Positions 28,601 to 38,134 of a DNA stretch of 64,000 nt are shown here, piece after piece; position 1 is the stretch's first letter; every line of letters starts with the position of its first letter. The translations under genes and the position numbers were made by a program. Under the pieces are notes generated by a model. The model did no database searches. It was not told the origin of the DNA and saw nothing but the letters and a program-made list of their open reading frames with translations. This stretch comes from Bacilli bacterium (lineage in GTDB: Bacteria > Bacillota_I > Bacilli_A > RFN20 > CAG-826), in contig CAAGAN010000038.1 in the NCBI GenBank assembly GCA_900767825.1, forward strand, positions 29,645 through 93,644. Direction: 5' to 3'.

Positions 28601-29209
28601 ATGTCTTTCTTTCAAAACACTTGTAAACCAAAAGGAATAGGCGGAAAAATCATGGTAAATATGATGAATATAGGACATTCATCTATGGCTAAATGGGGGT
28701 TTACCCACATAGAGATTAAAAATAATTCTATATGCCTAGATATTGGCTGTGGAGGCGGGGCAAATGTAAAAAGATTATTAGATAAAGTTCCTTATGGCAA
28801 AGTAACCGGGATTGATTATTCAGAAATCAGCGTTATTAAATCAAAAAAGACCAATAAGGCAGGAATAAAAAATAGACGTTGCGAAATCTTGCAAGCTAAC
28901 GTTATGGAATTGCCTTTTGATAATGACTTTTTTGATTTAATAACGGCATTTGAAACAATATATTTCTGGCCTGATATTCTTGAAGCATTTAAGCAAGTAC
29001 ATAGAGTTTTAAAACCAAACGGTACTTTTATGATTTGTAATGAAGTTAACGGAGAAAATCCTAAAGATGAAAACTGGACCAAGATTATAAATGGAATGAA
29101 GATATATAATTCCGAACAAATCAGAAAAACTTTAGAAAGTGCCGGCTTTATCGATATAAAAATAGATAAGAACGGGAAAAACTGGCTTTGTGTTATTTGC
29201 AAAAAATAG
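28601..29209 (+). CDS. Class I SAM-dependent methyltransferase
   Basis: Motif I CLDIGCGGGANV and the post-I acidic residue GIDYS. ATG at 28601 follows AAAGGAGA; the track start at 28595 is a TTG. Confidence 0.85.
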   Translation: MSFFQNTCKPKGIGGKIMVNMMNIGHSSMAKWGFTHIEIKNNSICLDIGCGGGANVKRLLDKVPYGKVTGIDYSEISVIKSKKTNKAGIKNRRCEILQANVMELPFDNDFFDLITAFETIYFWPDILEAFKQVHRVLKPNGTFMICNEVNGENPKDENWTKIINGMKIYNSEQIRKTLESAGFIDIKIDKNGKNWLCVICKK

Positions 29210-29241
29210 ATTTAAAAAACAATAAATGTGTATTAATAGAC

Positions 29242-29913
29242 TTACATTGCCCAGACTAATTCCCCTACTAACTTGACTGCAGGCTTGAAATTAGCGAAAT
29301 ATTCACTTTCATCATTAACATCGGTAATGACTTTAAAAGAAGAGAATTTTACTTTGTATTCATAGGCAATCTCTGCTATGGCAGCAGCTTCCATTTCTAT
29401 TACAAGGGAATTGAATTTGGATTTAATAAAATCCTTATCTTCTTTTGATGCGATGAATTTATCCCCAGTAGATATAATCCCATAGGAATATGGTTTATTT
29501 AATTTATTGCATCCCTTCTCGATTAATTTATTTAATTTATCTGAAGATGGGAAATAAACCATATTAGGTCCACTTACCATGCCTAATGGATCTCCAATTG
29601 GAGTTGTATCGATGTCATATTGGACAAAGCTAGTACCTATAACAATGCCTAATATATCTGCAACATTTTTATCTAGGCTACCAGAAGTACCTACATTAAA
29701 GAAATTATTGTTCCTACCAAATATATTTATAGCAGCTACAAAAGCAGCCCCTGCATGGACTTTACCAATATTAGTAATAACTAAGCCAATATGCTTCTTA
29801 TTCTTCTCTAATTCAAAAATATCAAATCCAGGGCACTTATGTTTATTAATTACATTCGCACCCCTTCTTATGTAATAGGCTTCTTTATTTGTGGCTAGGA
29901 AAAATATATTCAT
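29242..29913 (-). CDS. PNP_UDP_1 family nucleosidase/phosphorylase (MTA/SAH nucleosidase-like)
   Basis: IGKVHAGAAFVAAI, NVGTSGSL and VIEMEAAAIAEIAYEYKV resemble Pfs/MtnN. The N-terminus is atypical, so no gene symbol is assigned. Confidence 0.65.
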   Translation of the reverse strand: MNIFFLATNKEAYYIRRGANVINKHKCPGFDIFELEKNKKHIGLVITNIGKVHAGAAFVAAINIFGRNNNFFNVGTSGSLDKNVADILGIVIGTSFVQYDIDTTPIGDPLGMVSGPNMVYFPSSDKLNKLIEKGCNKLNKPYSYGIISTGDKFIASKEDKDFIKSKFNSLVIEMEAAAIAEIAYEYKVKFSSFKVITDVNDESEYFANFKPAVKLVGELVWAM

Positions 29914-29996
29914 GAAAATAAATATAGCAACTAAGTATTTATTAATCTACTTTTATAAACCCAAAATAAAGCAACATAACAAGGATGGACAAGACG

Positions 29997-30044
29997 ATTT
30001 ATCTTATCATTTATCTACTCATTTATCTTATCATTTATCTTATC
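29997..30044. repeat. Head-to-tail 12-nt tandem array (ATTTATCTTATC x4, one variant unit)
   Basis: Units at 29997, 30009 (ATTTATCTACTC), 30021 and 30033. Confidence 0.9.
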
Positions 30045-30209
30045 ATCCCAAGTTAGCTTAGATGATGAGACCCAAGTAGGAAACGCTTATTTGCTTTATC
30101 AAACGATCCATTAAAACTAATAAATTATATCGATAAACACTTGTTTTTCTTGCTTTGATGTTTCATTTATCTAGTTGTATTTATTCGCCTAAACCCAGTT
30201 TGGAAAGAA

Positions 30210-30245
30210 AATTTATCTTATCATTTATCTTATCATTTATCTTAT
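30210..30245. repeat. Second 12-nt tandem array of the same unit (ATTTATCTTATC x3), same orientation
   Basis: Units at 30210, 30222 and 30234, lying 165 bp from the first array. Confidence 0.9.
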
Positions 30246-30330
30246 CACCTTGATGTTATGCATAAGATTACTTCTAGATATAGCATTAAACATTTTTCTA
30301 AATATAAGTTAGGTTATGCCTAACATAAGT

Positions 30331-30359
30331 AAAGAAAATCCCTGAATATGCATCAGGGA
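30331..30359 (-). terminator. Intrinsic terminator after the 1931-aa helicase gene
   Basis: The minus strand reads TCCCTGA-TGCATAT-TCAGGGA followed by TTTTCTTT, 25 nt after the stop. Confidence 0.75.
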
Positions 30360-30383
30360 AATCCTTTATATCTAATAAATAGA

Positions 30384-33300
30384 TTAATTAATCTTTAAAC
30401 CCATCTTCTTAATGGATTCATATATGTGTCTAGCACTTCTTTCAGTCAATGCTTCATATCCAAATAGATGTAATACTTCCTTGCATAGATCATCAATAGT
30501 AATATCCCCTTGCAAAGCCACTATATCTTCAACACATAATTTAATCTCTTCATAAGGAATATCTACCATCGATCTATCCCCATTAACCCTATAAGAGGTG
30601 ATGGATGAAGGAAGTAAAGAGGAAGAATACCAATATGTATAGGAATTGAATACTATATCAGTCGCCCCAATGGACCTAAGTTCATTCAATATGATTTGGT
30701 ATTTCTTGTTTGTAATCCTACCAACTCCATATATAGCCCTTATCCTTCTTTTTAATAATTCATCAGAAATAGGAGATTCTAAAGATAATATAGAAGGCAA
30801 TACAGTCTTTAAAGAAGGTTTATCCCCAACAAGAGGATAATTTAATTCAGGATAATTGACCTTATGTGGATAAGGATTAGATAAAGTCGCCTTATCAAAT
30901 ACAATCTCTTGTTTCTCTTTCTTATTGGATTTAGAACTTGGGGAGCTTAATGTCTTGATAATATTATCGATAACTACATCTGGATGATCTATATATTCGC
31001 TAGAGAATACCCTTATGCTCTTCCAGTGTAATGCATCTAGCATATTAGGTCCCACTACATTCCTATCATTGCAGGTAGGAGAAGAAACATAGGTATCATC
31101 ATCAGTTAATATACCTAATGCATATTTAGAATTATCTAATGGATCCTTGATTGCTATATCAACCTTAAATGAACTAGTCCCGATATCTAAATCAACCTTA
31201 TAGCCAAGTCTAGTTAGATGAGCTGCCAATGAAGATGCAAAATTGAATTTAATAGGTTTCTTTGCCCATCTAAAATCATTAGTAAGGCTAGTTGGACCAT
31301 TCTCGGCATATAAAAGGAATTGCTTTAGATATTCAGCCCCTTCGTTTTTAGATACCCCGCTTCTAATATCGCTACTTCTACAAGAAGAGAATACAATCAT
31401 CTCTTCTTTTGCCCTAGATACGGCTACATTAAGTCTTCTTTCGCCCTTTTCCCTACTTAATGGACCAAAATTAATAGACATGGTCTTGTTCTTTTTATTC
31501 GGTCCAAAGCAAATAGAAAACAATATGCAATCTCTTTCATCACCTTGTACATTCTCTAGATTCTTGACAAATATTTCTTCTCCGCCTGGATATTTATTAA
31601 GTGAATTATCCTTAGAGAAAGCTTCATCAAGCAAATCATTAATAAGATCCATCTGCTTCTTATTGAATGTAACTATACCTATTGAGCGTTTAGATAATTC
31701 TTTATCCTTACATCTAGATATTACTTCCTTAACAATAGCCTTAGCTTCTTCTTTATTAATACCCCTGCCCATTAGATAATCACCCCCGACATATCTAAAT
31801 TTAACCGCGGATACTTGGTTATATGGGGATGGGAAAGTTGCTAAGGAATTATCATAGAATTTATTATTAGAGAAAGCGATTAATGATTCATGATGTGACC
31901 TATAATGGTAAGTAAGCCTATGTCTAGGCAAATCTAATGCAATCGCATCATCTAATAATGATTCAAGGTCATCATAATTGATGTTATCTTCATTTGAGAT
32001 AGATGAAGATATAGTCGCATTAAAGAAATTAGTCGGAGGCATCTGTTGCTTATCCCCTGCAATAATCGTGGAATCACCTCTAGCAATTGCTCCAATCGCT
32101 TCTGAAGTCGGTATTTGGCTAGCCTCGTCAAATATAACCAAATCAAAATGATGCTTGCTTGGATCGATATATTGGGCGACTGACATTGGGGACATTAGGA
32201 AACATGGGGTATATTTAAATATTAGTTCCCCATATGTATCGAATATGTTCCTAAGAGATTTACCCCTACCTGAAGTTGCCAAAACCTTCCTAAATTGGTA
32301 ATTAGATGAACTAGTCGCATAATGGACATTATCTAGAGGGAATTCCTTTGTTATTTCAAATGCAGTTTCCTTGACTGAAAGTAATCTATATTCATCAATC
32401 GCCTTTTTATATTTATTAATCTTATCTTCTACTTCAAGAGAATTTAGATTTAGCAAATCCTCTTCAAATAAAGAAGAGACCATAATCGAATAGAAAAGGA
32501 CACATTTAAAGGCAGGTTCTAATTCTAATTCATCTAATTTGCCATTTAGATAAGAAGATATAACTGGATTAGGCAAGATAGAAGAAGCTTCATCAATATA
32601 ATTAAGTAACTTAATCCATTCACCTAGGTGCTGGATATCTTCTTTTGCCTTATTTAATAGGCTTATAGATGTTTCATAATATATGTCGTTATCATTTAGA
32701 TTAAATACATCAAAACCCAATGTAGTCTTTAATCTTTCATTCTCTTTCTTTAATCTAGCTAGATTATCTAAGAAAGAGGTAACTTTATTCTCGAATAAAT
32801 ATTCAGGATTAGATGAAACAGAGACAAAATAGCTTTCGATTGGTTTAATATCCAATTTGGAACTAGATTGCATGTTATTAAGCAAATCTAGCATATCCAG
32901 GGTATTCTTTACTTTCTTATATTCAGCCTCTACTTCTACTTTGTTTTTATTAATTAAATAAGAATAGATAAAAGAAGAATAGCCATTAAATGAGGCCATC
33001 TTTTCTTTCTTTTGCTTAACTATCTTTATTAAATTAAGGAAATTAGATATAGATTCATCATTTCTTAAGTCTTTCTTATCCTTGATAAATGGACGTATAG
33101 CCTTCTTTATTTGTTTTCTAGTTCTATTTCTAGCAAAGAAAGATAAAGACGGTAAAGAGGATAACATTCCTAATAAAGAAGATTCATCAATAGATAAACT
33201 AGAAGAAGAATATCTATTAAATAAGATATCTTCATCATTTTTATAATCTAATAGGCATTCAAAATAATTCTTGATGTCAACTTTAGAAGAATAATATGTC

Positions 33301-36179
33301 TTGTTGGTTATTTTAGAATAATCGATGTTATCTTTATTTTCTTTTATTAGATTAAATAAGGATTCCAAAGCGAAAGAATTAGATCTAGATAACTTGATAT
33401 CTAATCCATTCTTATTTACTAGCTCTAGATAAGAATCTTCCAAAGAAAGAAGCAAAGGAAGGATGTTATCGATTTCTTTTTCTAATTTATCCCTAGAGTC
33501 TAAAGAATATTCTCTAGATGTAAAGAAGCTGAAGCAATTTGAATAATATCCACCTAGAGGTATCCCATATAGCTTTATTTTAGAGATGACATCTAGGCAT
33601 TTATTATATTTAGTCTCATCCATCGATTTAGAATAAGATACATCTACATTTCCAATGGTTTTATATTTCTCATAGGCTAAATAATTTAATATAGCCTCAT
33701 ATGGGGAGACAAAATATCCTTTCTTATCATGAAGCCTGGACAATAAAGCATTTAATTCATTTCTAATTGAAAGTAAATTAGAAGCAATTTCTTCTTTATT
33801 TTCATTAGATAAAGTCTTACCAACCTGTAAAGAAGAATTTAATTGGTTCAATACTTCTTTTTTATTAGCTTTTGCTGAATGTATCTGTAAGCAGAATTGC
33901 CCTAGGTTTAATTCGTCTAGCCTTTTCTTAACTACTTGCAAGGCCACTTCTTTTTCAGCGACGAAAAGAACTTTATTATGTTTATATAAAGCGTTGATTA
34001 TTATATTCGCGATAGTTTGGCTTTTACCTGTTCCAGGAGGCCCATCAAGAACAAAAGACTCCCCTAAATCAGAACACTTAATCGCATATAATTGACTTGA
34101 ATCATAAGGAAGAGGCAAGGAAAGTTCCCCTGGCTTAATTTGTTCATCCAATTTAGATATATCTAATTCCTTGGTCTTATTCTTCCAGCACTTCTCCCCC
34201 TTAACAAAAGAAGAGACTACATCATTTTTAATAAAGATATCCTTATATTTCTTGATGTCATTCCACATGACAAAATGGGAGAAAGAGAATAAAGACAAGG
34301 AAGCGACTTCTTCTTCAATAGTCCAGCTCTTATAGGAAGATATCTTTCTCCTAAAGGTATTGAATACTTTCCTTAAATCGATATTAGGATTATCGAAATA
34401 ATTATCAAATTCGCTAAAATCCATATCGAAGTTCTGCTTAAAATATTCAAGCAAGGTTGTATTGAATTGGATTCCATCTAAATCTAATTCGATTTGATAA
34501 TATGGTCCTACCCTTCGCTTTGGCATGGATGCTGGGATTAATAATAAAGGAGAGCAAATCCCATATTTACCATTTTTGGAGCTAGATTCATTATCAAACC
34601 AATTAAGGACACCTAATGTTAAATATAATGGGTTACATCCAGATTCTTCAATCTGGGTCGAGGCTTTTCTAGATAACCCTTTTAAGGCATCTTCGGTTTT
34701 ATTGTTTTTAGAGAATATATTTATAAAGCCTTTTGATAAACTTTCTTTAAAAGAAGAAATAAACGCGTTATCGAAGACATAATAAAGGAAACGTTTGGAA
34801 TTAGTCTCGCTTGAATCATTTGGCAATAAGTTCCACTTCTCTTTCTTTGTAATCATAGAGAAGAATTCATAAGCATCAGAAATACCTAACTGGACATTAG
34901 ATGAACTTATTTTGAAATTGATTAGGTTATTAGACAAATTCAAATCTAATAATCCTTCTTCCCAGACATCGAATTTGGATTTAATAGAAGAACTAGATTC
35001 GATATATCCTGCTTTCTTATTGATTTTATTCAAGGAATAATCAATATCGACATTGACCCCATAATCAATACTAGTCTTGCCATTAATAGTAACTGGAGTT
35101 GGTAAAGGCAATATGCCATCTAACCTAGAAGCTGCTACATCTATAAAGAAACGGAACGGGACAGTAGATAAATATCTTTTCGCATTGTTTTGGCTAGAGA
35201 CAAAATTAACTAGAGTCGAACTAGATGCATCGACCGGATTAAATAAGACTATCCTTTTATTCGTCTCGCTAGAATCATTAGACAATAAAGAAAGATTGTC
35301 GTTAAATCCGCTTTGATAAGTTGCTTCTTCTAGAAAGCAACCAATAAAGGCATGACCATCAACGATAACTAGAAGCGGATTCAATCCGATAGACTCTAAG
35401 CAAGAGGCAAATAATAATGAAAAATCAATACACGTCCCTGCTTTTTCTAATAATAAAGTACGTGGCAAGCGAAGACGTTGGAAAGTTAATTCAAATGATG
35501 CCGGGGGATTTGAATACCTAATTCCTTCTTTTTCAATGGCAAGGTAAATCGAATCGATTTGTTCCATAACCCTATCTGGATCATGGCTTTGATAACCATC
35601 AAATCCATCCGTGTCATATTTTTCTTTTTGTATAATAGCGGCTTTATTTACCACTTCTTTTACCATTTCATCATTAGGAGTGACAAAAGAAGATAAAGTC
35701 TCGAATACAAAATTCTCGCTGGCGGCTTCTTCAATAGGAAGAATCTTCATAGGTAATGAGGAAAAGGCGATTAATTTATTCATAGAAGAATATAATTCGA
35801 CCTTCATATTACCCATGACGGCTTCATTTATTTTATATAGATATTCGGCATCAACATTAATAGAGAAGGAATTTACTTCTGTTACTTTCTTTTTCTCTAG
35901 ACAAGTCAAAATGACTTCATCAGTCGTAATAGATGGGAATGAGAAACTTATTTTTAAAAATGAGCCAAAAATATCTTCTTCTCCATCATTTTTAATAAGT
36001 ACTTTCTTTAAAAAAGAGAAGGAATTCTGTTTATTGGAACTAGATCTAATCTTTCCAATCATCTCGGCTTTATAGTTGACGTAATTAATAGTCGGAGTAG
36101 CTTCGATAGTTAAGGAAATATTATTATTCAAATCCAATTGGGTAACGTTAGTTTCGAGTAGGTTATTATTTTCTTGCAT
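30384..36179 (-). CDS. Giant multidomain protein: transglutaminase-like N-domain + DUF4011 + SF1 UPF1/DNA2-like helicase (AAA_11/AAA_12) + Vsr/DUF559-like REase fold + DUF3320-like tail
   Basis: KAGTCIDFSLLFASCLE...VDGHAFIGCF; LLDLNLSNNLINFK; GPPGTGKSQT; VIFDEASQ; IIAGDKQQMPP; YRSHHESL; NVQGDERD; LNVAVSRAKEE; FKVDIAIKD...ALGILTDDDTY. Confidence 0.85.
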   Translation of the reverse strand: MQENNNLLETNVTQLDLNNNISLTIEATPTINYVNYKAEMIGKIRSSSNKQNSFSFLKKVLIKNDGEEDIFGSFLKISFSFPSITTDEVILTCLEKKKVTEVNSFSINVDAEYLYKINEAVMGNMKVELYSSMNKLIAFSSLPMKILPIEEAASENFVFETLSSFVTPNDEMVKEVVNKAAIIQKEKYDTDGFDGYQSHDPDRVMEQIDSIYLAIEKEGIRYSNPPASFELTFQRLRLPRTLLLEKAGTCIDFSLLFASCLESIGLNPLLVIVDGHAFIGCFLEEATYQSGFNDNLSLLSNDSSETNKRIVLFNPVDASSSTLVNFVSSQNNAKRYLSTVPFRFFIDVAASRLDGILPLPTPVTINGKTSIDYGVNVDIDYSLNKINKKAGYIESSSSIKSKFDVWEEGLLDLNLSNNLINFKISSSNVQLGISDAYEFFSMITKKEKWNLLPNDSSETNSKRFLYYVFDNAFISSFKESLSKGFINIFSKNNKTEDALKGLSRKASTQIEESGCNPLYLTLGVLNWFDNESSSKNGKYGICSPLLLIPASMPKRRVGPYYQIELDLDGIQFNTTLLEYFKQNFDMDFSEFDNYFDNPNIDLRKVFNTFRRKISSYKSWTIEEEVASLSLFSFSHFVMWNDIKKYKDIFIKNDVVSSFVKGEKCWKNKTKELDISKLDEQIKPGELSLPLPYDSSQLYAIKCSDLGESFVLDGPPGTGKSQTIANIIINALYKHNKVLFVAEKEVALQVVKKRLDELNLGQFCLQIHSAKANKKEVLNQLNSSLQVGKTLSNENKEEIASNLLSIRNELNALLSRLHDKKGYFVSPYEAILNYLAYEKYKTIGNVDVSYSKSMDETKYNKCLDVISKIKLYGIPLGGYYSNCFSFFTSREYSLDSRDKLEKEIDNILPLLLSLEDSYLELVNKNGLDIKLSRSNSFALESLFNLIKENKDNIDYSKITNKTYYSSKVDIKNYFECLLDYKNDEDILFNRYSSSSLSIDESSLLGMLSSLPSLSFFARNRTRKQIKKAIRPFIKDKKDLRNDESISNFLNLIKIVKQKKEKMASFNGYSSFIYSYLINKNKVEVEAEYKKVKNTLDMLDLLNNMQSSSKLDIKPIESYFVSVSSNPEYLFENKVTSFLDNLARLKKENERLKTTLGFDVFNLNDNDIYYETSISLLNKAKEDIQHLGEWIKLLNYIDEASSILPNPVISSYLNGKLDELELEPAFKCVLFYSIMVSSLFEEDLLNLNSLEVEDKINKYKKAIDEYRLLSVKETAFEITKEFPLDNVHYATSSSNYQFRKVLATSGRGKSLRNIFDTYGELIFKYTPCFLMSPMSVAQYIDPSKHHFDLVIFDEASQIPTSEAIGAIARGDSTIIAGDKQQMPPTNFFNATISSSISNEDNINYDDLESLLDDAIALDLPRHRLTYHYRSHHESLIAFSNNKFYDNSLATFPSPYNQVSAVKFRYVGGDYLMGRGINKEEAKAIVKEVISRCKDKELSKRSIGIVTFNKKQMDLINDLLDEAFSKDNSLNKYPGGEEIFVKNLENVQGDERDCILFSICFGPNKKNKTMSINFGPLSREKGERRLNVAVSRAKEEMIVFSSCRSSDIRSGVSKNEGAEYLKQFLLYAENGPTSLTNDFRWAKKPIKFNFASSLAAHLTRLGYKVDLDIGTSSFKVDIAIKDPLDNSKYALGILTDDDTYVSSPTCNDRNVVGPNMLDALHWKSIRVFSSEYIDHPDVVIDNIIKTLSSPSSKSNKKEKQEIVFDKATLSNPYPHKVNYPELNYPLVGDKPSLKTVLPSILSLESPISDELLKRRIRAIYGVGRITNKKYQIILNELRSIGATDIVFNSYTYWYSSSLLPSSITSYRVNGDRSMVDIPYEEIKLCVEDIVALQGDITIDDLCKEVLHLFGYEALTERSARHIYESIKKMGLKIN

Positions 36180-36271
36180 AGCAAAAAATATTATAAGGGT
36201 AAAATTTATTTTATTGAATTGCCCTATTGAATTTTTAGCTTTAAAAATAAAGGATTGTGTTAATGATAATT

Positions 36272-37216
36272 TTAAAATGTATCAAATTCTTTTTTTAATA
36301 TTGCAAGAGATTGCAATACATCATCAAAGCACAATTTGTCTTGTTCATTAAAGACATAAATACTTTGCATTTCCAAAAACGATTTTTTAAATTCTTTATC
36401 GTTTGCAAGTTCTGTAAAGTATAGAAAATCGGCAATTTTAACGTTTGCAGGAATCCCGCCTTTTCGATAACTTTCCTCCTTCCGTTCAAGTTCCAAAATT
36501 TTTAGAACGTGAATTTTATCATTCAAAAAATCTCCAATTCGACAATTATTAAGAAGAACGGCAAGGTCATAAACATGTTTGGCGACGTCCCTATAACTTC
36601 TCCTAGAATAGTAAAACTCAGCCGCGAACAGTTTATCTATAAAAATACGCTCGAGCGTAATTGTTTTTATTTCAAACGAATTGACTCCATACTTTTTGCT
36701 CAAAATCGCTTGTTGTTCAGCGCTGGCAAAGTCGTATAAACAAGGTGCTATCCGTAATATTTCCGTCGGCTCGCTAACAGTAAAGCTCGTGGCTTCAATT
36801 TTTACTTTACCAAAGCGTTGAAGCTTGTCAGCATTGCTAAATGAAAACAAAGAATTATAGAAATATTCGCACTCAACGCTGCCGTGATGGCTTTCAATTG
36901 TTTGTCCTTTCCCCAAAAGCTTAAATTTCAAACAGGCGTTATTTAAACGCTTTTTTGCTTGACTTTGCGTAGGGCAATCTTCGACAAATACAGTAAGATC
37001 TATGTCTTCAGAGAATCTACGAATTGATTTAATAGCCTTATATAAAGCAGTGCCGCCTTTAAAATAAGCGTGCGCCTGAAACCTCTTTTTAGATAATTCT
37101 TCTAGCAAAAGAGTGACATAGTAATCTTTTTCCAATATATCGGGCCTTATATGACTTTTTCTTGATACCTCATTAACAATAAATCGAAACGCAGCTTCAT
37201 TAGAATGCAAATTCAT
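36272..37216 (-). CDS. AbiEii/AbiGii family nucleotidyltransferase toxin (type IV TA / abortive infection)
   Basis: ILEKDYYVTLLL and FKGGTALYKAIKSIRRFSEDIDLTV are the family hallmark. Confidence 0.88.
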   Translation of the reverse strand: MNLHSNEAAFRFIVNEVSRKSHIRPDILEKDYYVTLLLEELSKKRFQAHAYFKGGTALYKAIKSIRRFSEDIDLTVFVEDCPTQSQAKKRLNNACLKFKLLGKGQTIESHHGSVECEYFYNSLFSFSNADKLQRFGKVKIEATSFTVSEPTEILRIAPCLYDFASAEQQAILSKKYGVNSFEIKTITLERIFIDKLFAAEFYYSRRSYRDVAKHVYDLAVLLNNCRIGDFLNDKIHVLKILELERKEESYRKGGIPANVKIADFLYFTELANDKEFKKSFLEMQSIYVFNEQDKLCFDDVLQSLAILKKEFDTF

Positions 37217-37219
37217 AAA

Positions 37220-37855
37220 TTATCTATATCTAGCTATTTTTGAAAGACCTAAATATACCTTTCTACTATTATAGTAGGCAGCTAAATGTATTAACGTTTC
37301 AAAATTTAAGTTATTTTTGCTAATTTCTTTTCTTAATATCTCTATATAGTTATTTGCTTCTATCTCTATATTCATCTTGTTATCAAGAATATCTAAAAGC
37401 TGTAGATATCTATAATTATCCTTATCTATTGGAATAACTGGCTTGATAAACCTTATCTTATCTTCTTCGTCCAGGATTGAATATCTAACTTTATTAGTAG
37501 CAACATAGGTCAAACTAGGAATTTGGGTAGTAAGACCGATTTTATTCATATAAGATGGCCCAGATTCATAACCGAACACTTCTTCTTTATGAGACAAATA
37601 TAATCTTTTAATAAGAAGAGTTTTATCTATCTTGCTTAATCCAAATGGGGTAAGAGCCGTCCTATAATAAATACCTTTTTGGTAACGAATAAAGGCATCG
37701 TTAGACTTTTCATAACGTTGCAAAGTCATGTTAAAAGTAGGCTTCTCTATTTTAGTTAACTTGCTTTTTACAAATTCATATATGTCGTTACTAAAAATAG
37801 GAACACCTGCTTCAATGTTCTTAATAAATTCATCAATGCATTTATTAAGGTTCAT
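37220..37855 (-). CDS. AbiEi-like / DUF6088-type antitoxin-transcriptional regulator
   Basis: It ends 3 nt before the AbiEii start, and its size and the QKGIYYR motif are typical of AbiEi-type partners. Confidence 0.65.
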   Translation of the reverse strand: MNLNKCIDEFIKNIEAGVPIFSNDIYEFVKSKLTKIEKPTFNMTLQRYEKSNDAFIRYQKGIYYRTALTPFGLSKIDKTLLIKRLYLSHKEEVFGYESGPSYMNKIGLTTQIPSLTYVATNKVRYSILDEEDKIRFIKPVIPIDKDNYRYLQLLDILDNKMNIEIEANNYIEILRKEISKNNLNFETLIHLAAYYNSRKVYLGLSKIARYR

Positions 37856-37973
37856 CTAATTTCCTCTTAATGATATTATCTTTACATATTTTAATTAATT
37901 TTGCACTTAGAAAATATCAAAACACGAAAATAGGCAATATTTAACTCAAATTTAAAAATGATGTAGATTTTAA

Positions 37974-38033
37974 GGGGTTTAACGGGACTTTTTTGCAAAA
38001 ATTTAAAATTAGTCCCGTTAAACCCCCTTTTTT
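37974..38033 (+). terminator. Very strong 16-bp hairpin plus T-run sitting in a divergent intergenic region (an orphan terminator-like element)
   Basis: GGGGTTTAACGGGACT - 21-nt loop - AGTCCCGTTAAACCCC followed by CTTTTTT. No plus-strand gene lies upstream. Confidence 0.5.
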
Positions 38034-38134
38034 GGTAATTATCCAAAAGAAATTCAAAAATATATTCAAAACACCCTTTTTAACGACCTAAATAGCTTAT
38101 TTATCCAGTATAATTAAATCATCGCGAGGTAATT

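Noticed and set aside
28816-29202. 128-aa minus-strand ORF inside the methyltransferase gene
   Set aside because: The plus-strand frame carries the SAM-binding motifs, so the antisense ORF is spurious.
31243-31779. 178-aa plus-strand ORF, with others at 35611-36075, 34525-34782 and 35077-35316, antisense to the giant helicase
   Set aside because: They are embedded in the helicase motif-bearing frame. Such Ser/Leu-rich products are typical of antisense reading of AT-rich genes.
6000-38000. Prophage, ICE or transposon interpretation of the accessory region
   Set aside because: I saw no integrase, transposase, recombinase, terminase, capsid or conjugation genes and no tRNA attachment site. The region looks like a mosaic of independently acquired small modules.
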